Part shown: positions 12,561-24,779 of the stretch, piece after piece | Layout: the number at the start of each line of letters is the position of its first letter | Numbering within the stretch: position 1 is the stretch's first letter | Assembly: GCA_964106645.2 (NCBI GenBank) | Contig: OZ067046.1 | Direction: 5' to 3' (one strand) | DNA length: 64,000 nt | From: Podarcis pityusensis | Lineage: Eukaryota | Made by a program: the position numbers and the translations under genes | Notes under the pieces: model-generated | Databases searched by the model: none | What the model was told of the DNA's origin: nothing | The model's input: the letters and a program-made list of their open reading frames with translations, nothing else

Positions 12561-14060
12561 AGCGTCTGCGATGGTTACCTCAGCGCGAGAAGTCGCCGCC
12601 GTCTGACCTTTTCGCTCTCCCCCTCAGCCCGGGACGAGCAGCAAGTACTTCAGGAGCCCTGTCTAACCCTGCGACGCGCGCTCATACATAAGGGAGGAGG
12701 GAGGAAAATAATAATAGTAATAATAAAGCACACATATACAGACACACGGCCCGCCAACAACTAGGCTTCTCCGGTTGCGGAGGGCGCTGCGCCCCCTTTA
12801 AAAAGCGGCACGCGCCGGGGTCCCCCACCCTCTCCACCTCCTCCTTCCCCGCACACACCCCTCCTCGGCGCCCCACCCTCCACCTCCCGCCCTCCTCGCG
12901 CCAGTCGCGTGTCGGCTCAGCCATTGGAGCGCGCGGGGCCTTGTCGCGTGCGGGCAGCCAATGGGCTAAAGCGTGAAGGTTGGGTGTTTGGGCTTTCTTT
13001 CTGTCTTTCTTTCTTTTGGCCAGCGCCGGGATAGAAGGCGCGGGCAAGGGAGCAGGAGGAGGAGGACGGAGAGACAGAAGGAAACAAAAAGTTGATATAC
13101 AAAGGATGGAATACCTGAGTGTCTCTAAGTAACAGTTGCTGTCCCGCCAACAATAAGGCGCGCGTTTTTATAGCAGGCAGGGTATCGCTGGTGCGTGCGT
13201 GTGAGGGAGAAACTGAGGGAATGGCTGAGCAGGAGTTACATATACCTGCAGTCACGCGGCACCCCGGGAGTGTGTGTGAGGTAAAAGTGTGCCAACTTGT
13301 GAGGAAGGGAAGGCAAGCGGGAGGGCGCGTGCCTAGAAAGGGGTCCGTGCGAGCGCAGATTTCTTGGGTCGCCTAAACTGGCTGGGACGTGGTTTTTGGA
13401 CGCCTGCTGGGGACCCTGGACCTCAGAGCTCTCTGAAACTAAGAGCTGCGTTTGGTTTTGCAACGCCATTGAAGCGGCGCTTCTCCGATTGCCTTCAAGG
13501 GAAGAAGGGGGGAATACCCCTCGAAACCCCCTTCAAAGGCATTGGAATTGCAGTCAAGAAAGGTGGGCGAGTCACGTTCAACTCGAGACGCCCTTTCTTT
13601 GAGAGGATTTACACCCCAAAGTCATGGGTAGATCCTGTTGGGTTTTTTCTTTTGGCGCCGGATTGGTCCAGCCTCTGAAGGTGTGAGGAAAAACTTCCTC
13701 GCAAGCGCAGAGTCGGCTTTGCCAGAAAGAAGCCTGCGGCTCGGAGGCAGCTGGTGGCGGCTTCTTCGCCGGGCAGCGCGCGATTGGTGCGCCCTCGGGA
13801 AAGGCTGCGCTTTGCAGGACGGAGCCGAGGCGCGTGCGGGAAACTGAGCGCCCCCCGGGGACTAAATCGAGCTCTCTGGGCATCTCGGCGGCCAGCTGGC
13901 TTGGGCAAGCGGCGGAGCTCGCTAGACGCGCAAATCGAGAGAGGAAACCGAGGTCGAGATGGCCCTGAAGCTCAGCCCACACATAGAAGAAGGTCGCTCC
14001 TGGCTCGCCTCTGCGCGGGGTCACCAAGGCATTTTGCGCGCGCTTAGAAAGCGCAATTGG
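12561..14060 (-). promoter_or_regulatory. ATOH1 5' UTR, promoter and CpG island
   Basis: TATA-like TTTAAA at 12797-12802; CCAAT boxes at ~12923 and ~12958; class C sites CACGCG/CGCGTG at 12809, 12906, 12945 and 13253; CpG-rich to ~14060. Confidence 0.8.
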
Positions 14061-15212
14061 TTACAGTGGGGCTTACTTCTCAGTAAACACCCAGAGGTTT
14101 ATGGTGCACTGTTGGCCCACACGGAACACTGCCGAGTGTCTACAGCTCTGAATGCTTGTACTTTATAGGTCTGCTAAGCATCAGCATAACCCAGGGTGCT
14201 CCCTCAAGGGGACATCGAACAAGAGGGATGTACACGAACGGATTCTAAACTTATAAAGATCCCGTCGAAATCAGTAGTATTAACATCTCCGGCATTTGGG
14301 AGTTTAGATAATTTGTAGTATTGCGGTAGGATTTTGGCTCTGTGGGTGTGCTCTGGGTCAGTGGAGATGTCTTCATTCCCCAAATCAATGCTATTTTTTA
14401 ATTATTATCTTCCAAGAGGGGTGAGTTGGGGAGAGAGTGTCAGGATCCAACCACCTGAGGGAGTAAACCCTGCTTGAGGTAATACCTGCAACCCATCTCA
14501 TGCACCTATCAGCCTCTGTCAACTGAGCCATCAAGGTGAGGCAAAAGGTTTGAACCAAAGTACCCTCTAGGGTTTCCCCTCCAGACAGGATAAAAAAAAC
14601 CTTTGTATGTCTGGCACAGGGAAACACACACAAATGCAGTAGCTATTTGTGTTCCTCTTAGGAGATTATAGTCCTTGGCAGAAATGAGTAGTTCAGGAGA
14701 GTGGAGCACTGGCTTTTCATTACACTGGGATGCACTCCTGCTTAATTATCTTGATATATCAGAAGGCCCATGCATGTCAGCATTGCTTACAAGAATACCA
14801 GCAATTAGCACATGCAAGGTACGGTCTGCACAACATAAGGCTTGTAGGGTAGACTGGTTGCAGCCCTCTGAAGAAGTTCCAGGTATCCACCATTTGAACT
14901 ATTTTCCAACTTGTCTTGTGATTACTTCAATAGAGGGCCTCTCAACTCCAGCAGAAATGAGGATGGGAGAATGCTTGCATCCATGGTCCTGCATTCATCT
15001 TCTATGGTACCTCCTGGAGTTGATTTCAAATCCACCCCAAGATTGTGAAGTGCCTAACAGCATGCTAAGATTGTAAATTGTGGGAAGAGAAAGTTTGTCC
15101 TAGCCTAGGAGGAAACAGGAAGTTCCGACTGGCTGGTCCAAACATGTCCACTCTAGGAATGTTGTATTTGACTGCTCTGTGTTTCACATTCCAGAGAAAT
15201 GCTATACCAGTA

Positions 15213-15454
15213 CAGTGGTACCTCGGGTTAAGTACTTAATTCGTTCCAGAGGTCCGTTCTTAACCTGAAACGGTTCCTAACCTGAAGCACCACTTTAGCT
15301 AATGGGGCCTCCCGTTGCTGCCATGCCGCCAGAGCACAATTTTTGTTCTCATCCTGAAGCAAAGTTCTTAACCCGAGGTACTATTTCTGGGTTAGTAGAG
15401 TCTGTAACCTGAAGCGTATGTAACCTGAAGCATATGTAACCCGAGGCACCACTG
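15213..15454. mobile_element. Tc1/mariner (pogo/Tigger-like) MITE, full length
   Basis: TIRs CAGTGGTACCTCGGGTTA / TAACCCGAGGCACCACTG with TA TSDs. Confidence 0.9.
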
Positions 15455-16544
15455 TAGAGTAGCTGACAGTGATATTGTCTAGCTACAACTTCCTGAAGCG
15501 CAGGACACGGGACACAGGCCTAATGTTGGATGGAAGCCTCAGTGCAATAGTTCACAAATCTCAGTTCAGAAGTTCACAGACCTGAGGGCTACGTTTACAT
15601 AATTATTAACACAGGGAAGACATTACTTCTGTATTTACTACCAGATAATGTATTTGCAATAGTGCTTATTTTGAACTCATCTGTTAACCCTCCTTTTCCT
15701 TCCTGCTCTTATAGAATGCTCTCTTTTACTCTGGGTCCTGGATCTTCTGCTCCCCACCTTAAAAACCCTTTAAAAATGTTTTTACTTTGCTTACAAGATG
15801 ATGGCTTTCCTTCTGAAAATCAGCATAGATTTGAGTACATATAAATAGTACCTGCAATCTTGTGTCATGGTTCAGTGCCCTGAGTTCTTTTTAAGGACCT
15901 AGCAACATCTCTGTTGGCTGCTTAGGAATGCTGAACCAGTGATAGGTGAATTTACCTTGGCTTAATTTAGAATTGGCTTGGTAATTACAAGCTTTCTTGG
16001 TGAGAGTTCAGGAAAAAACCCCTCAATCATTTCACACAAGTTTTCTGCTGGTTCTTAATATTGGCACATGGATGCAGATAGTGCCCCCCCCCATATTGTA
16101 TTGCCCCTACAGTTCCCAGCATTAGCTCTGGCATGGAGCCACTATACAACCAGCAAAAAGAGAGAATTTTAGAAGGGAATGGGACCAAACAATCACATGA
16201 GGTATTTGCCAAGAACATGAGCACTGGCTCAAATATAAGAGATACTCGCCAAATGAAAGATTGCATGGTTGAGCAGTCTATTTATTTAACTAACAGCAAT
16301 CCATGGGAATTTAAGTGAAAATAAGGGGTTTACCATTAGAGAACTATTCACACTTCTTTCATTCGGTGCCCAGCCTAATGGATACTAACAGAGCATGACT
16401 GGGATTCTATTTTATATTCAAATTTGGAAAATGATTTATTGGGTAAATGGTACTCAGTTTGGAATACACCTGCAGAATACACAGCTGCAGAGATTCATTT
16501 TGAACCAAGTAATAATGGACTTCAGTGACACCTTTATTTGTTTG

Positions 16545-18118
16545 TTTGTTTGTTTGTTTTGTATACCACCCTATACCCGGAGGTCTCAGGGTGGTTCACA
16601 AAACAAGGTCAACATCTAAAACCACAATATATATAATCAAAATAAAATCAACAACCCAATAACTCCCCCCCCCCAAAAAGAACCACATTTTAAAAGGTCA
16701 TAGGATGTCAATCAAATCAAAGGCCTGGTTAAAAAGGAACGTTTTTACCTGGCACCTAAAGGTGTATAAATGAAGGTGCCAGGCGAACTTCCCTGGGGAG
16801 ATCATTCCACAGATGGGGAGCCACTGCAGAGAAGGCCTGTTCTTGTGTTGCCACCCTTCGGACCTCTTGAGGAGGAGCCACACGAAGGAGGGCCTCAGAA
16901 GATGATCTCAGGAGCTAAGTAGGTTCATATGGAAAGAGGCAGTCCTTGAGGTATTGCAGTCCTGAGCCGTTTAGGACTTTATAGGTCAAAACCAGCACTT
17001 TGAATTGGGCCTGGAAACTAATTGGTAGCCAGTGCAGTTGGACCAGGATCGGTGTAATATGTTGCTCTGGTGAACCATCTTCAGAGGCAGCCCTACGTAT
17101 AACACATTGCAGTAATCTAACCTTGAGGTTACAAGACCATAGACAACAGTAGTTGTCCAGATAGGAGTGTAGCTGGGCCACCAGCTGAAGCTGACAGAAG
17201 GCACTCTGTGCCACTGAGGCTACCTGAGCCTCGAACAACAGCAAAGGATTCAGGAGTACCTCCAAGTTACAAACCTGCTCCTCCAGTGGAAGTGTAATCC
17301 CATCAAAAGCATATGATTTCCCACCCATCTGGTCTACGGAACCATCCACTAACAGTGCCTCGCCCTCAATCCTATCTGGGTTGAGCTTCAGTTTGTTGGC
17401 TTTCATCCAGTCCATTATAAAGTGGTACCTCCGGTTAAGAACTTAATTCATTCTAGAGGTCCGTTCTTAACCTGAAACTGTTCTTAACCTGAGGTACCAC
17501 TTTAGCTAATGGCACCTCCCGCTGCCACTGCACCGCTGCTGCGCAATTTCTGTTCTCATCCTGAAGCAAAGTTCTTAACCTGAGGTTAGCGGAGTCTGCA
17601 ACCCGAAGCGCCTGTAACCTGAAGTGTCTGTAACCTGAGGTGCCACTGTAGAGGCAAGACACTGGTCCAGCACTTCCACTGCCTCACCTGCAGATGTAAA
17701 GGAGAAACAGAGCTGAGTGTCATCAGCATACTGCTGACAATGTACTCCAAACCTCTGGATAACCCCACCTAGCATTTTTATGTAGATGTTAAACAATGTA
17801 GGGGATAGGATTGAGCCCCGTGGAACCCTACATTGAAGGTTCCACGGGGCTGAAAAGCATTCCCCAAGTAACACCGTCTGGGAACGACCATCCAAGTAAG
17901 ACTGGAATCACCACAAAGCAGTGCCACCTACCCATAGTTCAGAGAATTGCTCCAGAAGGATACCATGGCTGATGGTATTGAAAGCCACTGAGAGTGCGAG
18001 ACAAATTAACAGGGACATGTTTCCTTTGTCTCTCTCTCGACAGAGGTCATCATATAGGGCGACCAAAGCAGTTTCTGTGCCAAAACCAGGCCTAAACCCC
18101 AATGGAAATGGATCCATC
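16545..18118 (-). mobile_element. L2/CR1-clade LINE fragment (RT to 3' end), degenerate
   Basis: Frameshifted RT motifs FRPGFGTETAL, PRGSILSPTLFNIY, QYADDTQL, WMKANKLKLNP, LVTSRLDYCN and HITPILVQLHWLP. Confidence 0.9.
17420..17648. mobile_element. Tc1/mariner MITE nested in the L2 fragment
   Basis: Same TIR family as 15213, TA flanks; interrupts the L2 RT between the VLDQCL and DWMKANK motifs. Confidence 0.85.
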
Positions 18119-18286
18119 TGGTTATGATGGACTAGAGGCAGTGATCAAATCATGGGGCAACAGCAGCTCCATCCTCTGACTCCCTCTAATTTTAGTCAAA
18201 CAGTGTCCCTCTGTAGCGATCTAGAAACAGTATCTAAGAAGGCTGGAGGAAAAGGTGAAGGGGCTCACTTGTGATTCAGCAGCTGG

Positions 18287-18408
18287 GGTAGCTCTGTTAG
18301 TAGAGCATGAGATCCTTAATTGTTGGGCAGTAAGATTCCTGCATTGCAGGGGGTTGGATTAGATGACCCTTGTGGTACCTTCCAACTGTACAATTCTATG
18401 ATTCTATG
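18287..18408 (+). mobile_element. tRNA-derived SINE with CR1-like 3' tail (Squam2/POM-like)
   Basis: tRNA-like head followed by GGGTTGGATTAGATGACC...TTCCAAC...ATTCTATGATTCTATG. Confidence 0.6.
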
Positions 18409-18411
18409 TAC

Positions 18412-18607
18412 TATGATGTTGGGGAAGATTGAGGGTACAAGGAGAAGGGGACGACAGAGGATGAGATGGTTGGATAGTGTTCTCGAAGCTACCAGCATGA
18501 GTTTGACCAAACTGCGGGAGGCAGAGGAAGACAGGAGTGCCTGGCGTGCTCTGGTCCAGGGGGTAACGAAGAGTCGGACATGACTAAACGACTAAACAAC
18601 AACAACA
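18412..18607 (+). mobile_element. Bov-B LINE 3' end fragment
   Basis: MLGKIEGTRRRGRQRMRWLDSVLEATSMSLTKLREAEEDRSAWRALVQGVTKSRT plus (CAA)n tail. Confidence 0.9.
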
Positions 18608-19395
18608 AATGTACTTAAAGGTACAGTCAGCTTGAGCCCAGCAAGGCAATTCTTATGTACTTTTTGTCAGATGGATTTAGATGAGTAGGAGAGGATTTTT
18701 TATTTATTATTCATCCTTCCTCTTCTTACTTGTGTAAGATTGCAAATACCTATTTCAGTGGAGTAAATTTACCATCAGTGTGCAGCTTGTCTCTAGAAGC
18801 TGTTAGAGACAAGGTTGCATAACCTTCTATAATGATTATGATATCCAAGGATACTTAGGCAGACTAGGATCTATTTCCCCTCTTCTATGCTTCTTTCTTC
18901 ACAAAGAAATCACTCTCAGGCTGTGTCAGGCCGCAGAGGAAGCAACTCCCATGGCGGGTTGCCAGGAACGTATAAGACAAGGAAAAGTTCTTACCACCTG
19001 CTTTTTATTCAATATTTACAGAGAAAGGCTTGGAACGTATCCTCTTGGAGTGGCATTGTCCTGAGTGACTCTCCACCCCCTTTTCCTTCCACTTTCTCAT
19101 TTGTCATTGCCATCATCTCCCTTATGAGTGGTGCTGAGGGCCCTTTGCTTCTGAGCCCTTTGCTGTACTACTTTCAAGGCTCACTGGGTTATGGGAGAAG
19201 GGAATGCTTTCTAAGACACTGTGTCCATCAGCTGTTGCCCTCCTGATCCTTCCTCTTCCTCCCCCCTCCCATTAATTCCCAGCTTTTCCCCTCATCTGCC
19301 TCTGAGCTGTGACCTCCCTCAAACCCCTGTTGTAATTCTGAACTGCCTTCTTCTCTGGAAGGATCAGGCTGGGGAGGTGGTCTCCACCATTCCTC

Positions 19396-19485
19396 CAGTG
19401 TGGTGTAGTGGTTAAGAGCGGTAGACTCATAATCTGGTGAACCAGGTTCAATTCTCTGCTCCTCCACATGCAGCTGCTGCGTGAC
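19396..19485 (+). mobile_element. Squam3-like SINE 5' fragment, followed by a ~320-bp LTR-like segment
   Basis: Head nearly identical to 19813-19900; truncated after ~90 bp. Confidence 0.6.
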
Positions 19486-19812
19486 ACTTTTTTGAAACAC
19501 AGAGCAGTCAAGTACAACATCCCTAGAGTGGACATAAAAAGGGGATGTCTGGACTAGCCAGTCATAACTTCCTGTTTCCTCCTAAACGGGGACAGACTTC
19601 CTCTACATGTAACCAGAGGTGGGTGTGGCCTCACCTGTGCAGGTAACAAAAGCATAGGACTGGCCGCCATCTCTCTGTCTCTGACTACATTTGTCGAAGA
19701 AGCAACATCTGCTTAGTTTCCAGGTATATTACTTTTGTAACTTAAGCCTGACTTCTGGGATCCATCTGTGAACAGAATGTGAGTGAGTAAACTCTTTTAA
19801 TACTTTTATAGA

Positions 19813-20053
19813 AGAGCCAGTGTGGTGTAGTGGTTAAGAGTGGTAGACTCATAATCTGGTGAACTGGGTTCGTGTCTCCGCTCCTCCACATGCAGTTGCT
19901 TGGGCTAGTCACACTTCTCTGAAGTCTCTCAGCCCCACTCACCTCACAGAGTGTTTGTTGTGGGGGAGGAAGGGAAAGGAGAATGTTAGCCGCTTTGAGA
20001 CTCCTTTGGGTAGTGATAAAGCGGGATATCAAATCCAAACTCTTCTCTTCTTC
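19813..20053 (+). mobile_element. tRNA-derived SINE (Squam3-like), full length
   Basis: A-box TGTAGTGGTTAAGAG, B-box GGTTCGTGTC, (CTT)n-type tail. Confidence 0.8.
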
Positions 20054-21602
20054 TGTGTCGTGTCTATTTTTTTTCATGAGGGACTAAAGGGGAAAATACC
20101 AGGTAACTTATTTTAGAGGCTTTAGAGAGCCTGAGCAAACGTATCCGCTGTGCAAGTTTAAAATAGGGGAATGCTACTCTGCTAAATTGTAGAACTTGTT
20201 AACACAAGTTAGAAAGGATATAATCAAACAATATATCATCTCCTGCATTCCTGAACATTCCCACAAAAATAAACTCATGCGTTGCAGTAGGTTAGACTAG
20301 GAGACTCTTGTGGTCCCTTCCAACTCTACAATTCTATTCTCTGATTATATAAACTTACATATATTGGTATTAAATGAGTGCAGGGTTTAATCTAGCCAAG
20401 TGCATCCTATTGACCATGAAGATATTTTATTTAAATAAAAAAGTAACACTAAGAAAATCCTCATTTTGAAAGCACTAAGCTGTTATTCTGTACTGTGCCA
20501 CAAAAGAAAATCTAAAATCAAACATTTGTTTTGTGTGTAACATGTTAAATAATGCTGACTGCAAACCTGAAACCTCATACTCTGGATGTGGTTGCTCTGC
20601 TTTTGAAGGAGGAATAATGGAACTGTACTGTTACCCACAAGCCAGCTAGAAGTAAGGTTAACTGAAACAAACACTTTCTATTATCACGTAGATAGGATTA
20701 ACAGCAGGGTGCCAGTCTGTGATCCTAAAGGGAATTATTTTGTTTTCAACATGAATATAAAGTAAGTGATTTGAGCCTTGTAGTTGTTGTTTTTTTTTTT
20801 TAGTGCCTGTAGGTTTGCACGGTCAGTTCCACTGACTTCAATGAGAGGAAGTAAAAATAAAATTAAAAAATCCCTTAAATCCAAATACTCAAGACTTAAC
20901 TGACTTACATAGACTTGTTTTCTTTATCTTTTATTCATCCCACTGACTACTCTTATAAGCATCTCTTCCTGGAGTAAATCCAGTCATCTATTGAAACTCC
21001 TGACACTGTCCGTGTCCTTTGCAACACATACCCTTTGCAACTACACATGCATGCGGAGAGTCAATGTCAAAGGCAGTAGGTGGCTCGTTGTGGGGTTGCG
21101 TTTAGCTCTGCCTCTCTGAGAATAAGATAAATGTAAGTGTTGAAGAACTCCTGGGGTTGGCTGAATTCATTTGGTATTCAACACTGCCTGGCTCTTTTCT
21201 CTTCTATTACCGGCTCTCTTTGTATGTTCAAGCCTACTTGAGTTTCTTTTCTCTTTTGTTGGACTTGGTCCCTTTGATGTGAGTCAGGGTACGCCCTGCT
21301 GCAGAGAGAACTTCACAGGAATCGGAAATATAAGCAACGCACTGCTCAGGAAGAGTCACTGTATAGCAGCAGGAATGTCTGAAGGCTTGAACATGTATTT
21401 TCCACAGAATCAAGGTGAATCAAAGATCATCAAGGGGGCCAGAAGCAGGGGAAAAAAATCAATCAAAACTGTTCAGTTTCTTAGTGTTTGCTTCTAAACG
21501 TGTTTACTTGGAAGCCTCTGCCACTCAAATCAGCGAGACCTATTGCCGAGTTAAAACATGTTTAGGATCAGGCTGAGAATCAAGCAAAGTTATAATAATA
21601 AT

Positions 21603-22361
21603 TGTCAGGGGTTCAGGAGCAGAGGCACAGGAAAGGGAGGAAATAGAGAGCGAGGGGGAGGAGTCCGAAGGTAATGTTAGCGATGACAGCGGTCCGAGGT
21701 CTCTGAGTCTTTCCAGCGAATCGGAAGATTCACAGAAAGGGGCTCCCATGGTCAGAGCAAGGGGGGTGCCGAGGGGGACACCCCAGGAAGAAGGGGCCAG
21801 AGGGGACTCAGAGAGAAGCAGTTGGAAATCAGGACCAGCGTCCACACCAGAGTGCAGTAGGGGGGAGGAGTCCCAGGCATCGGGATCAGGCGGCGCACTG
21901 CCAGTGGGAGGACATGAGTCAGGATTGGCCACGCCTCCATCGGGGAGCGAGGAAACGGTCGAGAGGAAGGTTGAAGGCTGGGCGCGCGCGCCAAGTTCAA
22001 ATGTACAGGAGGGCGGTGCAGTTGGCAGCCCGGATAGGGAGCCAGGTCCCAAAGCCCGCCGAAAAGACGGGGAGGAGTCAGGGGGGTCAACGTCAGCGTC
22101 AGAAGAATCCAGGAAGGAAGGGACCCCGGGGGGTAGCAGGACCCAGAGGAGAAAGGAGAGACGGAAGAGGTGGAGTAAGGCTAGAATCTTAAACTGGTGT
22201 ACAGGGGGCGGAGACTCAGATGGAGCTTCGCCGATCTAACCATGAGACGTAGAGTTGCACGCAGCAGCTTGAGAATGGAAACTGTAACTCAATAAAGACT
22301 TTTGTTTAATGATCGCTGGCTAGCGTGATCCTCTGTGAGCTAGGATCTGGAAGCAGCTCTG

Positions 22362-22364
<3 letters not shown>
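21603..22364 (+). mobile_element. Solo LTR (gypsy-like)
   Basis: Ends TGTCAG...CTGATA (decayed CTGACA); AATAAA at ~22291; ATAAT flanks within an (AAT)n microsatellite; GA-rich and CpG-retaining interior. Confidence 0.75.

Positions 22365-22401
<37 letters not shown>
22362..22401. repeat. (AAT)n microsatellite
   Basis: Direct observation. Confidence 0.95.
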
Positions 22402-22403
<2 letters not shown>

Positions 22404-23127
22404 TTTATTTATATCCCGCCCTCCCCAGCCAAAGCCAGGCTCAGGGCGGCTAACAACAAACAAATAATCAAACAATCAAATAATCCAACATTCTAAAACA
22501 TTTCATTATAAAAATTAATTAAAATCAAATTAATGGCAACCGTTAAGCAAAGTTCTGTGCAGGTTGCCGGAGGTGGGAGTCAGGCTGGGCCCTGACCAAA
22601 GGCCTGGCGGAACAACTCTGTCTTGCAGGCCCTGCGGAAAGATGTCAGGTCCCGCAGGGCCCTAGTCTCTTGTGACAGAGCGTTCCACCAGATTGGAGCC
22701 GCAGCTGAGAAAGCCCTGGCTCTAGTTGAGGCCAGCCTAACCTCTCTGAGGCCTGGGACTTTATTATTTATACCCCGCCCATCTGGCTGAGTTTCCCCAG
22801 CCACTGTGGGCGGCTCCCAATCGATTGTTAAAAACAATACAGCATTAAATATTAAAAACTTCCCTAAACAGGGCTGCCTTCAGATGTCTTTTAAAAATAG
22901 GATAGCTGCTTATTTCCTTGACATCTGATAGGAGGGCGTTCCACAGGGCAGGCACTACTACCGAGAAGGCCCTCTGTCTGGTTCCCTGTAACCTCACTTC
23001 TTGCAATGAGGGAACCGCCAGAAAGCCCTCAGCGCTGGATCTCAGTTTCTGGGCTGAATGATGGGGGTGGAGACACTCCTTCAGGTACATAGGACCGAGG
23101 CTGTTAAGGGCTTTAAAGGTCAGCACC
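22402..23127 (-). mobile_element. Two adjacent L2-type LINE 3' fragments
   Basis: RAFSAAAPIWWNALSQE...FRRACKTELF (22580-22760) and LTFKALNSLGPMYLKE...RAFSVVVPALWNAL...FKRHLKAALF (22845-23126), each followed by a 3' tail. Confidence 0.85.
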
Positions 23128-24316
23128 CATTCTCTTTAGAAACAGAGGAAAGATCTGGAAGTTTGCCCAGGATAAAAAAGGTCCAAAGCTATAAAGAGAA
23201 TTCACACAGTGTCAGAATCACTTGCTCTTCAGTTTTGCTAAGAGCTTTTCATGGTGCATTTATAATAAGTATTTTGCTTAATTTTCTGGATGCTGAATTT
23301 GTAACTCAAGTTGAGAAAAGCAAAAACTTGCTTTTTTCATAATGTAATGCCATATTCTGCCCACATCTGTAGGCCACTTGCTCATTTTGTAGCTTGATAC
23401 ACAATCTGTTGATGTGGAAACACCTGGATTTAAAGACAGATCAAAATTCTACTACTGCTAAGCAAGACTGAAAGAGATTACAATTAATGACATTGCTAAC
23501 AGTCACAACTTTCAGGACATTTGGCTAGGGCAGATCTACATTCCTGGTTTTTAACGTTAAGGAAGGGTTAAGAAATGGTTTTCTTAACGTAGATGGACAC
23601 ATGACACCCAGCTTTTAATGTTCATAGTGGATTATTAAAATGTGACACCAGAGGGTGCTGCAAAGCAACCAGCAACCAGCAGTAGGGAGATAGCCCTTTT
23701 GACAAAAAAAAAGAGGTAAGAAATGCTTTATTTTACAAGTATGCCCTGTGACCTTTAGGAACCACACATCTATCATTCTAATAATGTTAAACAGATGAGT
23801 GTAGATCCATCCCTAGTGTCTATCTCCATAGTAGCTCCAACCAGCAGGTTGCTTTTGCCTATAAAGATCTCTCCAACTATTTTATATCTAGGGGTTTTTT
23901 TTGGGGGGGGGGGGGCTTGTAGAGCATTAGCTCAACTCCTAGCGCAATGCTTTGGAGTCTGTTGTTCGGACATATTTGTTTAAAATGGGTTTTGCCACTG
24001 AGACTGCAATCCTAAACTCACCTGGGAGCATAAATCTCACTGAACTCAATGGACCTTACTTCTCACTATTACTGCTGTGCTGGGAATGCATTAGTATTAT
24101 TTAAAAACAATGCAGAGATTTCCTTTCCAAAATATTGTTTCTCATCCATGTTTAGCCAAGTGCTTAAATATTAATAATACTTTTTGTTGATGTCGCAAAA
24201 AGTTTGTTCAGACTGGCTGTGAAAGGGGCTTCATTCTAAAATGGTGCTTTCAAATGCTGCTGTGACATCTTTGGCACCAGTTTAAGTTGCAAATTGCAAC
24301 CTTACACAGGTTCCCT

Positions 24317-24669
24317 GGGGACGCGGGTGGCGCTGTGGGTTAAACCACAGAGCCTAGGACTTGCTGATCAGAAGGTCGGCGGTTCGAATCCCCACGACGG
24401 GGTGATCTCCTGTTGCTCGGTCCCTGCTCCTGCCAACCTAGCAGTTCAAAAGCACGTCAAAGTGCAAGTAGATAAATAGGTACCACTCTGGTGGGAAGGT
24501 AAATGGCATTTCTGTGCGCTGCTCTGGTTCACCAGAAGTGGCTTAGTCATGCTGGCCACATGACCCGGTGTCATGTACGCCGGCTCCCTCGGCCAATAAA
24601 GCAAGATGAGCGCCGCAACCCCAGAGTCGGTCACGACTGGACCTAATGGTCAGGGGTCCCTTTACCTTT
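24317..24669 (+). mobile_element. Sauria SINE (Squam1), full length
   Basis: GGGACGCGGGTGGCGCTGTGG head, ACCTTT tail, 11-bp TSD ACAGGTTCCCT. Confidence 0.95.
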
Positions 24670-24779
24670 ACAGGTTCCCTATAGAGCAAGTCCCACTGGA
24701 TTCCACAGGCCCTACCATAAAAGGGCCAGTGTAAGATGGCATCCGCTCCATGGTTCTGCCCAGGCTTTTTACACCACCG

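Noticed and set aside
11562-12606. Plus-strand and alternative-frame ORFs over ATOH1
   Set aside because: Shadow frames of a GC-rich CDS.
19396-19900. tRNA-like sequences (also at 24317, 32644, 62600)
   Set aside because: They are SINE heads followed by SINE bodies and tails, not tRNA genes.
21540-22239. 163-170 aa ORFs
   Set aside because: They lie wholly inside a solo LTR; compositional artefact.
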